This document shows positions 24,840 to 38,263 of a DNA stretch of 64,000 nt, piece after piece; positions within the stretch are counted from its first letter, which is position 1; each line of letters begins with the position of its first letter. The notes under the pieces are model-generated. The model was given only the letters and a program-made list of their open reading frames with translations. It had not been told where the DNA came from and ran no database searches. Both the position numbers and the translations under genes were made by a program. The stretch is from Hypanus sabinus (lineage: Eukaryota). The DNA lies in NCBI RefSeq assembly GCF_030144855.1, contig NC_082712.1:10292001-10356000 (forward strand). Reading direction: 5' to 3'.

Positions 24840-25470
24840 ACAACACACACAAAATGTTGGAGGAAACTAAACAGGTCAGGCAGGCTCTACTGAAATGAAT
24901 AAACTTTTGACGTTTAGGGTCGAGACCATTCATCAGTACTGATATGGAATGGGGAAGAAGCCAGAGTAAGACAGGGGATGAAGGGAAAGAGTACAAGATA
25001 GGTGAAGCTAGGTGGTTGACAATGGGAGGTGAAGAAGGAAGCAGGGATGTGATAGGTGGTAAAGAAAAAGGGCTGGGGAAGCGAATAATCAGATAGGAGA
25101 GGATAGTGGGTCATGGGCGAAAGGAAAGTACAGTAGGAAGGCCACGAGGGGGAGATGATTAGCCGCTGAGGAGGTGAGAGAAATACGGGGATGGCAGAGT
25201 ACAGAATTGAAGAAGGTGGAAGGGGAAATAGCTGAAGAAATCGATGTTCATGCCATCAGGTTCAAGGCCACCAAACAAAATATGAGGTGTTGCTCCTCCA
25301 AGCTGAGAGTGGACTCGCCGGGCCAGTAGAGGAGGCCATAGACCATCATGTTGGAATGGGAAAGGGGGTTGGAGTGCAAGTGGTTGGCCACTGGCAAATC
25401 CAATGTTTTGCAAGTGGAGCGAAGCTGCTCGACAAAGTGTTCCCCCAATCTGCATCGGGTGCTAATTTGC
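24840..25470 (-). mobile_element. Penelope-like element 3' part (GIY-YIG endonuclease C-terminus plus terminal region)
   Basis: RLGEHFVEQLRS...LPVANH...GLLY...LEEQHLIF...PDGMNIDF; terminal repeat with a degenerate hammerhead-type motif at about 24909-24936. Confidence 0.8.
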
Positions 25471-26624
25471 ATCATTTCATGTTACCAGGATAAAAAAGTT
25501 AAATGCTTTAGTTCCTTAAAAATGTTGTTACAGGGATCAACAAGTCAGGGTGATTTCTTCTGATGAATTCCTTTCTATGTTCCTGGTGTTCAAGCAGGGC
25601 GCTGACAAGTAAAGGACAGAAAATAGGTTGCCATAGTTGCAGAGTCATAAAGAACTAGCATGGAATCTGGCCCTTCGGCTCATTAGCTCCACGCTTAGAA
25701 AATTAGAAAGGAACTGGGTAACATAGGTAGTTTCTAAGGTAAGGACATGTTCGGCACAGCTTTACGGGCTAAAGGACCTGGATTGTGCTGTAGGTTTTCT
25801 ATGTTTCTAACTGTTATTCTGCCTGGTCTCGTTGATCCACACTGGGACCAATTTTCTCCATGTACATTACTAATTCCAACTTCTCTTAAATGTTGTCACA
25901 GATCTGTACCGTACAGAAATCAGCCTGTGGACCCTCTTCGTTCATGACAATCTTTCATCCATCAACACATCCCATTTGACCCCATTAGTTGCGTAGACTT
26001 CTCGACCTTGCATATTTATGTGACTGTCTCAATGTATCAAGTGCATTCCAGATAACAAACAGTCCGTATATAAATGTCATTCCCACAACACCTCTTTAAA
26101 CCCCTAACTCTCTATCTGTATTATTGTATTTTGGATCATCTTTTTTGCAACACTTGTGGGAAATGGGAAAGACTCCTACAAACAGCAGATCAGATAATTG
26201 GTGGTCAGAGATGATCGTCATCTACTAATAATGAAGAGAAAACACTAATGTCCAAGAATGGAGACACCAACAAAAAATGATGGTTACTGCCCGGTCCGTC
26301 ACAGGACTGGGCAGTACCCACCCTCTCCCCCCATCACCACTGAACACATTTACAAGCAGTGCTGCCCCAGAAAAACAACATCCATTATCAGGGATCCCAC
26401 CACACCACCATCCAGGTCATGCTGTCTTCTCTCTGCTGCCATCGGGAAATAGATCTAGGAGTTTTAGGTCCCACGCCACCAGGCTGAGGAACAGAAATTA
26501 TCCTTCAATAATCAAGAATCCTGACTAGCGTAGAAAACTGCCCTCACCTTAACACAAAACTGATCACTGAACACAACTTATTGGCTCAATTTCAAGGACC
26601 ATACAAATCAAGTTTTTTGTATGT

Positions 26625-26655
26625 TTGCCTATCTATCTATCTATCTACCTATATA

Positions 26656-26687
<32 letters not shown>

Positions 26688-26790
26688 CTTATCTATCTAC
26701 CTATCTGTCGATCGATCTATCTCTCTCTCTCTGTCTAACTATTTATCTATCTATCTGGCTGTCTATATAAATATCTATCTAACTATTTAA
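26625..26790. repeat. Compound (ATCT/CTGT)n microsatellite
   Basis: Imperfect tatc/ctat runs. Confidence 0.9.
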
Positions 26791-27719
26791 CAAATCTATC
26801 TGGTTTTATTTATTTGTATTTTTTTTATATGGACACGGTTTAACTTGCTTTGCACATTGGTTACTTTTCAGTCTTTGTATATAGTTTTTCATTGATTCTA
26901 CTATATTTCTTTGTCCTGCTGTGAATGTCTGCATGAAAATTAATCTTATGGTCGACCATGGTGATAAATACATACAGTACTTTGATAATAAATTTACTTT
27001 GGACTTGCAAGGAATCTATACCACATACACAGGTCATCCAAGGTCGTATTAATTCAGATTCAGATACGTTTATAGATTTATTACACCATTTGTGTTAATA
27101 GTCAGCACTTAAAGATGTGCTGGAGACTGCCTGCAACTTTTACCACAATTGAAAGTTGGGCCCTTTCCGAGTGCTGCATCTGAAACCAGACTCAATTCCA
27201 CAGAGTCCCCCTCCCTCGACCCCACACATTCCCCCAACTTCTCCTCCCTGTTTCCCTCTTAGAAACAGTCCCTCCTCTATCCATTCCTGAGCTTCATCCC
27301 TCAATGCGTATGGCCCAGATCCACCTCCCTGTTTCCCTCGCAGTTTCAGTCCCTCCTCTTCCACCATGTTAACATGTGTAGGCCATTCGGTCATCCAGCC
27401 CAGCAGTCTACACTTTAATGGATGACCATCTACTTCTCTGCTGGAGACAAAAATGTCTGTTCTCTATTTGGGTGTAAAGAATTTTCTACTCAAATTTGTA
27501 ACTTCATCACACTTGGAAATATCTGCTCATTTCAGACTATTACCGTGTGTCCTGAGGTTCTGGACTTTACAGCTTATGTGATGAAATTAGTGTAAAGAAT
27601 GAATCAGCTATTGGTGCTTCCCCCTCCCCACCCCCGAGACTGACAATAACAGATTGGCTCAGAGCCAATCTGTCTTCTTTTAATGACCCAGCACCCTGAG
27701 TCCAGACAGCGGTAGGAAT

Positions 27720-30700
27720 TCTTTCCAATATTCCAATATACATAGAAGAATAGAGAATACAAGAAAGTGTATACAAAAGGTCAGAAAAGATTTTTAAAAC
27801 AGTTACATTTTGTCTGATCATAATAATAATTACATTACCCCGTAATCATATGTTAATCATTATTTATATTAAACTATACTAATTTATTACAAAAAACACT
27901 CTAACCCCTACCAAGAAAAGGTAAATACCTTCTTATATAATAAAAATTAATAATAGCCAACATCTGAGCTTAAATAACAAATTGAAGGCTTTGAAAATAA
28001 TTCAGTAAAGGTCCCCACATTGTTTGAAAATCTTGACGAGATTCAGAAATTGAACAATGAATCTTCTCTACATCTAAACACGACATAACATCATATAACC
28101 ATTGAGCATGAGTAGGAAGAAAAACATAAAACAAAAGCATCCTCCTAGCTATAAGAGAGCTGAAGGCCAAAGTATGTAAGTCAGATGTCTTTAGCTTAAA
28201 ATCTTGTCCTGTAACAATACCAAATAGGTCCATCAGAGGTTTAGGCTTAAAATTGACTTTAAAAAGTAAGGAAAAAGTTTAAAAACTTCCTTCCAATATT
28301 TTTCAAGATTCGGACGTCCAAAACTTACGAATTAATGAAGCTTCTCCATTATTACATCTGTCACAGCAGGGAGGTATATCTGAATAAAAACGAGATAGCT
28401 TATCCTTAGTCATATGAGCTCTATGTACCACCTTAAATTGTATGAGGGAATGAAGAGCACATAGTGATGAAGTATTAACCAGTTTAAAAATTTCATTCCA
28501 AGTTTCCTCAGATAGCGATGCCTGTAAATCGTGTTCCTAGAGATTTTTAATTTTGTCTGAAGAAACATTCCTCATCTCCAGTAACATGCCATAAATCTTA
28601 GGTATTGAACCATTATGAAAAGGTGTCAAACTAAAAATTACGTCTAGTAAGTTCTTATCTGAGCTTATAGGGAATGTACATAATTGAAATCTTAATAAGT
28701 CTCTGATTTGTAAATATCTAAAAAAGTGACTTTTGGGTAAACTATATTTAGCCAACAATTGCTCAAATGAAGAAAGGTCTCCTCCAACAAACAGATCCCA
28801 AAATCATTCAATACCCAATCTGTCCTTTCCTTAAAAACTAAATCAATCATAGAGGGTTTAAAAAAAATAGAATAAATTGAGCTTGAAAGGGAAAATCTCA
28901 ATAAACCAAAGTGTTTTCTAAATTGTATCCAGATCCTCAGAATATGTTTAACTATTAAATTATCAGTTAGTTTGCTTACAGATAAAGGAAGTGGGGATCC
29001 AAGAAGAGAAATAATAGAAAATTTGTCAACAGATTTAGCTTCTAATGAAACACTTACCGGAAAATCTACATGATTAATATAATATAGCCAAAACATAAGA
29101 TATCATATATTAACTGCCTAGTAATAAAACCTAAAATTAGGAAAGGCTAAACCTCCAGACCTTTTTAGATTTTTGAAGATGAACTTTACTTAAACAAGGA
29201 TGTTTATTTTTCCATATATAAGAGGATAAAATAGAATCAAGAGAGTCAAAAAAGGATTTAGGAATAAAAATGGGTAAAGCCTTAAAAAGATATATAAATT
29301 TAGGTAGAATATTCATTTTAATAAAATTAATTCGTCCAATCAACGTTATTGAAAAAGGTGATCAATTTAATGGTATCTTTTTTACATAATTCAATAAAGT
29401 AAGAATTTTTTTCTTTAAACAGGTGTTTGGAATTCTTAGCAACTGTTACACCCAAATAAGTAATTTGATTACTTACAAATTTAAAAGGGAGAATAGCATT
29501 AATTGATACCCAATTATTTAAAGGAAATAATTCACTCTTATGTAGGTTCAATTTATATCCTGAAAACTGGCTAAAACTGAGTAAAGAAAGAATGCAAGGT
29601 AACGAGGTCTCAACATAAGAGATGAACAGCAATATATCATCCGCGTAAAGCGAGATTTTATGAGTAACACCTCTCTTTAAAATACCACAGATATCATTAA
29701 ATTCTCGAAAAGCAATGGCAAGAGGTTCTAAAGCTAGATCAAAGAGCAAAGGGCTCAATGAACAGCCTTGTCTAGTTCCACAATGAAGTTTAAATGGTTT
29801 GGAATTTTGATCAACCAGGGCAGAAGGACATAAATAATGTAATTTAATCCAATGAATAAAATCTGGTCCAAAACTAAATTTTTCTAAGATTTTTAATAAA
29901 TAACGCCATTCAACCCGATTAAAGGCTTTCTCAGCATCTAATGATATCACATATTCCAATATCTCCTGGGATTGAGAGTAAGTAACATTTAATACACGGC
30001 ACATATTAAAATGAGAATGTCGTTTTTTAATAAAACCAGTCTGTTCATCAGAAATAATAGAAAGTAGAATTTCTATTCTAAAAATTCGAGCCAGAATTTT
30101 AGAAAGGATTTTAGTATCAACATTGAGTAATGATATTGGCCTGTATGAAGAGCATTCAGTTGGGTCCTTCTACTTCTTTAGGATAAGTGACATACAGACT
30201 TCATAGAAAGATTGAGGCAAGCTACCCAATTAGAAAGAGTCAGAAAGACTTAAGTGCAACTGCGGTATAATTAATGAAGAAAAAGCCTTATAAAATTCTC
30301 CAGAAAATCCATCTGGGCCCGGAGCTTTCCCCGAGTGTAATGAACATATTAGCCTCGGCAATTTCGTCATAAGAAATGGGTTGATCCATCTGTTTACAGT
30401 TATCTGCAGAAAGTGCAGGGATATTTATTTGATCCAGAAATTGTTTCTTACAGTATTATCTTTAGAGGAATCAGAACTATAAAGTTTAGAATAGAATTCT
30501 GTAAAGGTATCATTTATTTCAGAGTGATCAGTTGTCCTATCCCCGTTTGTTCTGCAAATCTCTTTAATTTGTCGTTTAACTACAAAAGGTTTTAATCGGT
30601 TGGCCAATACGTTGCCTGATTTATCTCTGTGAACGCAAAATTGAGTTTTATCTTTAAGAAGTTCAGTTTCAATTGGATACGTTAACAGAAGATCATATTT

Positions 30701-33240
30701 AGACTTAACTTCAACACTTCTTTTATATAAAACAGGATCTGGAGCTATAGCATATTTTTGATCTAATTGTTTCAGCTGGTTGGCTAGATCTATTCTTTCT
30801 TTATTAGCTTTATTCTTAACGCTCGCAGTATAAGAAATAATTTGTCCTCTAATATAGGCCTTGAAAGTGTCCCATACAATAAGATTAGAAGTCTCTTCCT
30901 TCCTATTCTCTTCAAAAATAATATAATATGCCTCTCTATAAATTTTAAAAATACCTTATCAGATAACAAAGTTGTATTAAAACGCCAAATTCTGTTTGTT
31001 TGAGGAAAACCAGGGAGATTTAAAGATAGAAATACAAAAGCATGATCTGGAACAGCAAACTCTTCATATTTACAGGAACGAACTGATGAAATCATTTGAC
31101 TATCAATAAAAAAAATCAATCCTGGTAAATGTATGATGAACATGGGAAAAAAACGAGTACGCCCCATCTAAAAGGTGTAAGAAACGCCAAATATCAAAAT
31201 GCCACATTTCAATAAAAAAAAGATTGAATAAACAAAGCTGATTTGTTAAGAGACGCTGGTTCAGAAGATGATCGGTCTAAGATTGGGTCCAAACAGCAGT
31301 TAAAATCTCCTCCCATCACCAAACAATAAAGACTCAGATCTGATAGAAACAAAACAAAAACGCTCGAAGAATCCTGGATCATCTACATTGGGGGCATACA
31401 CATTGGCAAATCCTATTAATTTATTATCTAGTTTTCCTGAAACTATAAAAAAAGTCCATTAGTATCAGAGACAACTTTATGTTGGACAAAGGAAAGTGTG
31501 TTATCTTTAATAATCGAAACTACTCTAGATATGTCGTGAACAGACAAATGAAAACAAATACCCTTCCAACGCCTAAAACAACGTAGATTATTACATTTGC
31601 GTAGGTGAGTTTCTTGTAGAAACATAATAGGGGCCTTAAATTTCCTGATATAAGCAGAAATCTTATTAATTTGACAGGATGATTTAACCCTTTCATGTTA
31701 AAACTGAGTAGATTAATGGTTTGGTCTATTTTTAGAATAATTTAAAGAAAGGGTTAAAATGTAAGTTAAAACGAATCCTTAAACCTTGTGAAATGGTAAC
31801 CAAGCAACAAGTTGGGTGAAAAAAATTCGAAATCAGCTTCTGAGAAAAAAAACCACCTCCCAAAGAAAGAAAGTCGACCCATAGGAAGCCGACATCTACA
31901 ACACAACCCCCCAAAATACCTCGTGATCGCTCCAAATAGTTTCAAGTTGTTTATATTCCAATCTAGTCTAAACAATTTCCAGACAAGAGATTCAATTCTC
32001 GCATTTCAAAAATACAGTATTAAAAAATATAAAAGGAAATTGGTTACAAAGGTTTGCCAAAAGTAAACGTTACCATTATTCATACTGGAAGACATTAAAC
32101 GTTTAATCTTATATCTTCATGAAAAAAGGATAAGCAGTTAGCTTTTAAATTTAAAAAAAAATCTTTAAGCTTCAGCATTCCAAAGAAACCATTCGAAGGG
32201 TCCAGCTTTAATGTGATTCGCAGGCAAACTAGGTACCCAAGGGATGGGTTAACCCTTAATAAAAAAAATTCCAGCAAAGATTGTTTAAACTTAGCACATA
32301 CCTGCATTACCTCGAGCAAATAGTCTTCGGGAATCTTAATATTGCACTTTCTAACGAACCATGCCGTTTTGGCGGGATTTGTGAGCTATACGTTTCCCAG
32401 GTAAAGACAGACTAAGCAGCTAGCCTTCGGATTTTACAAACCTTTCTGCTTCAGCTTCTGCTTTCGAAACCATTCGGAAGATCCGTTTTTCAGTGTGATT
32501 CTGAGATGGGCTGGATAACAGTTTAAAATCCTTATTAAAAATTTGGACATAGTTCTTTGAACTTATCACATTCCTGCATAACCTCCAGTGTGTAGTCTTC
32601 CACGATTCTAATCTTGCCGCCACGATAGGGAAGCATGCCTCTTCGACGAAATTCACGTATTAACGGATCCTTTGTTTTTAATTCATGAAAGCAAATGATT
32701 ACAGATATTGGTCTATCTCTGTTATAACGAAACACGGGGGACTTGTGAACTCGGTCAATCACAGGCAAAGATGCCAAAATTTCCAGAAATAATTCTTGCA
32801 GAAAATTTTCAAAGAATTCCATAGGATGATTACCTTCGATTAATTCTTCGAGACCCAGAACCCGTAGGTTGTTCCTTCTACTTCTATTTTCTATGTTGAT
32901 AATCTTCTGTCTTAGTTTTTCGTTGAACTTTGGTTGCTTTTCACAAAGTTTTTGCAGTTCATCCACTTCCGTTTCCAGAGACGACAATATTGCTTCGTTA
33001 GTTTTTATACGTATATCGTGTTCCTTAAGTGTTTGCTGAATAGAATTCAATATACCATCTATTTGTTTAAAGTCACAGCTGAATTGTTGAAACTTCTCAG
33101 AGTTTTCTCGTGTATGACTTTGCAGCAAATCCATAGTAGAATCCAAAGAAGCAGGGAGATCATCCTTTTTAGTACCTCTGCCACCCCATAATGTAGCCAT
33201 AATGGAAAAAAAAATCACACTTAAAAAGGAGGTTTCAAGA
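27720..33240 (-). mobile_element. Near full-length decayed L1-clade LINE (ORF1 plus EN-RT ORF2)
   Basis: ORF1 ENRSRRNNLRVLGL...IDRVH (32535-33218); EN FLQETHL, VPDHA; RT GTRQGCSLSPLLF, LYADDILLF; C-terminal region. Many frameshifts. Confidence 0.92.
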
Positions 33241-33459
33241 CAGATTGGAAATAGTAAGCTAATTAGAGTTGGAGCAACAGAAAATTGCTGCTATTCCATC
33301 GGCCACCACCAGGAAATCTCTGCGGTGGGAATTCAACCCCGACTGGTGCTCAATGCCATAACCGCTACTCTACTGAGTCACACGACTGAGCTTGGAGTAG
33401 GTTAAAAAGTTGGGTCAACGTTATGGGCTGAAAGGTCTTGAGTGTGCTGTGCTGGTCTA

Positions 33460-34270
33460 TTCGGCGTGATAGAGCAAGAGCTGGAAAAGAACTAGGCCAT
33501 TCTGCCCCTTGCCCCGTTCCTCTTCTCAAAAAAGGTTAGGCTGCATTTTAAATTCCCATGCTGTCTGCATCTGGAAGAACTTTGGATTTAAAACATCTGA
33601 TTCCAACAACAAAATGGATGAGGAAACAGGTCTTTTCCCAGGTGGCAGTCAGTAATTGGAGGCCAACTAGAGGCATTTGTGTTTATGCCCAGTTGTTCAA
33701 AGTCGACAGCAAGTAAGTTGATGAGGGAAATAATTTTAACACCTCCAGCTCTGAGGGTGGCGCAATGCCCGGAGGAGATGACAATTTTTCTATGTGACTT
33801 GCAGCAGTTAGTCGGGAGGGCAAAGGAATGGCAGAGGCAGTTTAATGTAGACAAACATGAGGCTAAATATAGCAATGCAGATTGTTTTCTGAATGGTGAG
33901 AGGGAGGAAGGAAATGGATTTCCCGGTACACGAAGAACAGAAGTTGAGCAGTGATTATCTAGAAAGCAACTGTTACGTTGACATTCATCGCAAGGTATTT
34001 TAAGAACAGAAGAAAGGATGTCTTGCTATAGCTGTACAGGGTCTTGGTGAGTCCCTGTCTGAAGTCTGTGTAGTTTTAAATTTGTCTGAGTTGGGGTGAT
34101 TTGTCACAGAGCGAGTGCAGTGAAAGTTTATGAGGATCCCAGGGTGTGCAGAACTGACCTGATGAGAGGTGGAATCAGTTGGCTCCATAGTCCCTGGAGT
34201 TGAGAGAAATGAAAGGGAACTCATAGAGCCGAGTAAAATTCTAACAGGACAAGACAGGCGTGACAAGAAC
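33460..34270 (+). mobile_element. Highly eroded CR1 remnant
   Basis: WQRQFNVDKHE-like segment and degenerate RT C-terminal phrases. Confidence 0.45.
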
Positions 34271-34428
34271 AAAATTGCTGAATGTCAGAGGGGCTGGAAC
34301 CGGAAAACACATAAAATCGGAAAGCAATTTGGAAATAAGAGCAGAAGTGCCCGCACCCAGAGTGTGGTAAGATGATGGAGCGAGGCGGGGCGGGGCGGCT
34401 GCACCTGATTCTTGGCAATCTGGTCTTC

Positions 34429-34462
34429 TCAGCCTCCTGTGTTGGATGACTCTTCTCCCTTT
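34429..34462 (-). CDS. Candidate terminal coding exon of gene B (R-KGEESSNTGG-stop)
   Basis: Strong acceptor ttggtcttgttctgtccacag at 34463-34464, compatible with the phase-2 TM donor; lies in non-repeat-looking sequence. No independent support. Confidence 0.4.
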
Positions 34463-34682
34463 CTGTGGACAGAACAAGACCAATTAACACAAACCCTGCA
34501 GTTGTAAAATAAGACCTAATCCGGCCTCCCCATTCACTTACAACCTTTGAAGGGATTTAGATCGAGACTTGAACGGGATTTTCCACAGGATAAATATTAT
34601 CGTTGGTATCAGTGTTTGACAACAAAATTGGAGATGAGCCCAGATACATAATGAATTGGCAGCTTTACAGTGACACACAATA

Positions 34683-35400
34683 TACAGTGTCTATGAAAAG
34701 TATCCCCCCCCCGGAATTTTTCATGCTTTATTGTTTCACAACGTTGAATCAAGGTGGATTTAATTTGGCATTTTGGCGCTGATCAACAGAAAAAGACTTT
34801 TTCATGTCAAAGTAAAAACAAATCACTACAAAGTGATCTAAATTAATTAAAAATATAAAACACAAAATAATTGATTGCATAAGTAATAAACCCCACCTTC
34901 AAGTTAGTATTTAGTAGATGCACCTTCGGCAGCATTTACGCCCTTGAGTCTGTGTGGACAGGTCTTTATTCAATTTACACATCTGGTCATTGCAATTGTC
35001 CTTGTATTCTTCCTTGCAGAACTGCTCAAGCACAGTCAGATTGCATGGGTATCATGAGTGAACAGCCCTTTTCAAATCCAGCCACAAATTGTCAATTGGA
35101 TTGAGGTCTGGACTCTGACTTGGCCACTCCAGGACATTAACTCTGTGTTTTTTAAAACCATTCCTGTGTAGCTCTGGCTTTATGCTTGGGATCATTTTCT
35201 TACTGGAAAACAGATCTTCTCCCAAGTCGCAGTTCTCTTGGTGTTCCTCCAGGGTTTCCCTATATGTTGCTTTATTCATTTTACCCTCTACCTTCACAAG
35301 CTTTCCCAGACCTGTTTCAGTGAAGGATCCCCACAGCATGATGCAGCTACCACCGTACTTCACGGTAGGGATGCTGTGTTTTTGATGGTGTGGGGTGTTT
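34683..35400 (-). mobile_element. Tc1/mariner DNA transposon remnant (transposase C-terminal part and one end)
   Basis: KYGGSCIMLWG...WPSQSPDLNPIDNLW; TA followed by CAGTG terminus at 34683-34689; other end not seen. Confidence 0.88.
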
Positions 35401-36272
35401 GGCTAACGTCAATCATACAGTAGGTAGTGTTGGTAGTAAGGAGGATGGTCTTGGACTAAGGGATAATACTGATAAATAGTACCATACTCAGATTAAGACC
35501 AGAAGACCAGAAGACTCGGAGCAGAATTAGGGCATTCGGTCCTTCTATTCTGGTCTTCTAGTCCATCGTGGTTGAGTTATTATCCCTCTCAACCCATTCT
35601 ACTGCCCTCATCTCGTAATCTTTGACACTCTCACAAATCAAGATCCTATCAATCTGCACTTTAAATATACCCTCAGCAGATTGTGGCAATAAATTCGTTG
35701 AATCCTTTGCTCTAAAGGGACATCTTTTTACAAGTGGAAGATGCGATATTTTGCCTATAGCGCAGTTTTTGGAGAATAGACTTTGACTGTTATCTCTTAT
35801 GATTATTGAGAAACAGAGAGAAATAGGCATACAAGGTGTTAGTAAATGCAAGGTATTGGGGACATGACAGGCAGAGGTTGTAAAATAAGTAGGAAACGGT
35901 TTGTCCATAATATAAGAGAAATGGGCACAATATACTGAGCTGCTATCCTACTGTGGCACTCTTCCCTCCTACATGTCCCTCCATTTTTCTATCATTCGGT
36001 GGCATTTACCAGGTACATTCGATACGAAAGGTTTTTTCAAAATATGAACAGCCGTTAGACACATTTGAAGCAGTCACTTTTATGATGTAGAAAATGCAGC
36101 AACCATTTTCTGCATTATCAAAAGCTCCCAGGCCAACAATGTGAAAATGAGGTGTTCATAGGCAAATACCGACTGGACGCTTCAAGTTTTTTAATCACTT
36201 CCCAACGCCCACTGACTGTCTGAGTGAATTGGATTTCACGGCATGAGCCTTCGGCATTAGTACATACAGTAC

Positions 36273-36375
36273 CTGAGTTTGTCACAGTAGAGAACGGCGC
36301 CCATCACTAAAAGGGCGAGAGTTTTCAGTCCGACTGGGATACACAACATCAGCACGGTTTCAGAAGCGCCTGTCC
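36273..36375 (-). CDS. Gene B transmembrane exon with intramembrane Lys (G-TGASETVLMLCIPVGLKTLALLVMGAVLYCDKL-R)
   Basis: Acceptor ctctctcactttctcttcag at 36376-36377; phase 1 in, donor AG|gtactg. Lys codon at 36323-36325. GLKTLALL resembles the Siglec-15 TM motif GFKALLLL as remembered. Confidence 0.88.
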
Positions 36376-36557
36376 CTGAAGAGAAAGTGAGAGAGGTCAA
36401 TCCAAACTCAGGCAAAGGGGAAAAACCAATAATTTGCACAGATTAGAATCTGTAGATGTGGATCTGAACATATAATTTAGCAGATTTATACTGACAGAAC
36501 TACGGAAGATTAAGCATGTATGAATGAACAAGTAAAAGATATTACTAAGAATGTAGA

Positions 36558-38263
36558 CAATAGACAATAGGCAATAGGTGCAAGAGTAGGCCATTCGGCC
36601 CTTCTAGCCAGCACCGCCATTCACTATGATCATGGCTGATCATACACAATCAGTACCCCGTTCCTGCCTTCTCTCCATATCCCTTGACACCGCTATCTAT
36701 AAGAGCTCTATCTAACTTTCTCTTGAATGCATCCAGAGACTTGACCTCCACTGCCTTCTGGGGCAGAGCATTCCACGTATCCACCACTCTCTGGGTGAAA
36801 AATTTTTCCATATCTCTGTTCTAACTGGCCTACCCCTTATTCTTAAACTGTGGCCTCTAGTTCTGGACTCACCCATCAGCAGGAACATGATTCCTGCCTC
36901 CAGCGTGTCCAACCCCTGAATAATCTTATATATTTCAATCAGATCCCCTTTCATTCTTCTAAATTACAGTGTATACAAGCTCAGTCACTCCAATCTTTCA
37001 ACATATGACAGTCCCGCCATTCCAGGAATTAACCTTGTGAACCTAAGCTGCACTCCCTCAATAGCAAGAATGTCCTTCCTCAAATTTTGAGACCAAAACT
37101 GCACACAATACTCCAGGTGGGGTCTCACCAGGGCCCTGTACAGCTGCAGAAGGACCTCTGTATTCCTATACTCAATTCCTCTTGTTATAAAGGCCAGCAT
37201 GCCATTAGCTTTCTTCACTGCCTGCTGTACCCGCATGCTTGCTTTCATTGACTGATGTACAAGAACACCTAGATCTCATTGTACTTCCCTTTTTCCTAAC
37301 TTGACTCCATTTAGATAGTAATCTGCTTTCCTGTTCTTTCCACCAAAGTGAATAACCTCACATTTATCCACATTAAACTGCATCTGCCATACATTCACCC
37401 ACTCACCTAGCCTGTCCAAGTCACCCTGCATTCTCATAACATCCTCCTGACATTTCACACTGCCACTCAGCTTTGTGTCATCAGCAAATTTGCTAATGTT
37501 ACTTTTAATCCCTTCATCTAAATCATTAATGAATATTGTAAACACCTGCGGTCCCAGCACCGAACCTTGCGGTACCCCGCTGGTCACAGCCTGCCATTCC
37601 GAAAGGGACCCGTTAGTCGCTACTCTTTGTTTCCTGTCAGCCAGACAATTTTCAATCCATGTCAGTACTCTGCCCCCAATACCATGTGCCCTAATTTTGC
37701 CCACTAAACTCCTATGTGGGACTTTATCAAAGGCTTTCTGAAAGTCCAGGTACACTACATCCACCGGCTCTCCCTTGTCCATTTTCATAGTTACATCCTC
37801 AAAAAACTCCAGAAGATTAGTCAAGCATGATTTCCCCTTCATAAATCCATGCTGACTCGGACTGATCCTTCTACTGCTATCCAAATGTGTTGTAATTTCC
37901 TCTTCTATAATTGACTCCAGTATCTTTCCCACCTCTGACATCAGGCTAACTGGTCTATAATTCCCTGTTTTCTCTTTCCCTCCTTTCTTGAAAAGTGGGA
38001 CAACATTAGCCACCCTCCAATCCACAGAAACTGTTCCTGAATCTATAGAGCATTGGAAAATGAGTACCAATGCATCCACGATTTCTAGAGCCACCTCCTT
38101 AAGCACCCTGGGATGCAGACCATCAGGTCCCAGGGATTTATCAGCCTTCAGACTCAACAGTCTACCCAACACCGTTTCTTGCCTAATATAAATTTCCTTC
38201 AGTTCATCCATTACCCTAGTTCCTTTGGCCACTATTACATCTGGGAGATCTTTTGTGTCTTCC
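36558..38263 (-). mobile_element. 5'-truncated CR1 with a long RT ORF, flanked by an 8-bp direct repeat aatgtaga
   Basis: ORF 37276-38277 (NYRPVSL, DFQKAFDKV, GVPQGSVLGP, KFADDTK). aatgtaga at 36550-36557 and 38264-38271; single copy at the paralogous empty site 3338-3345. Confidence 0.93.
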
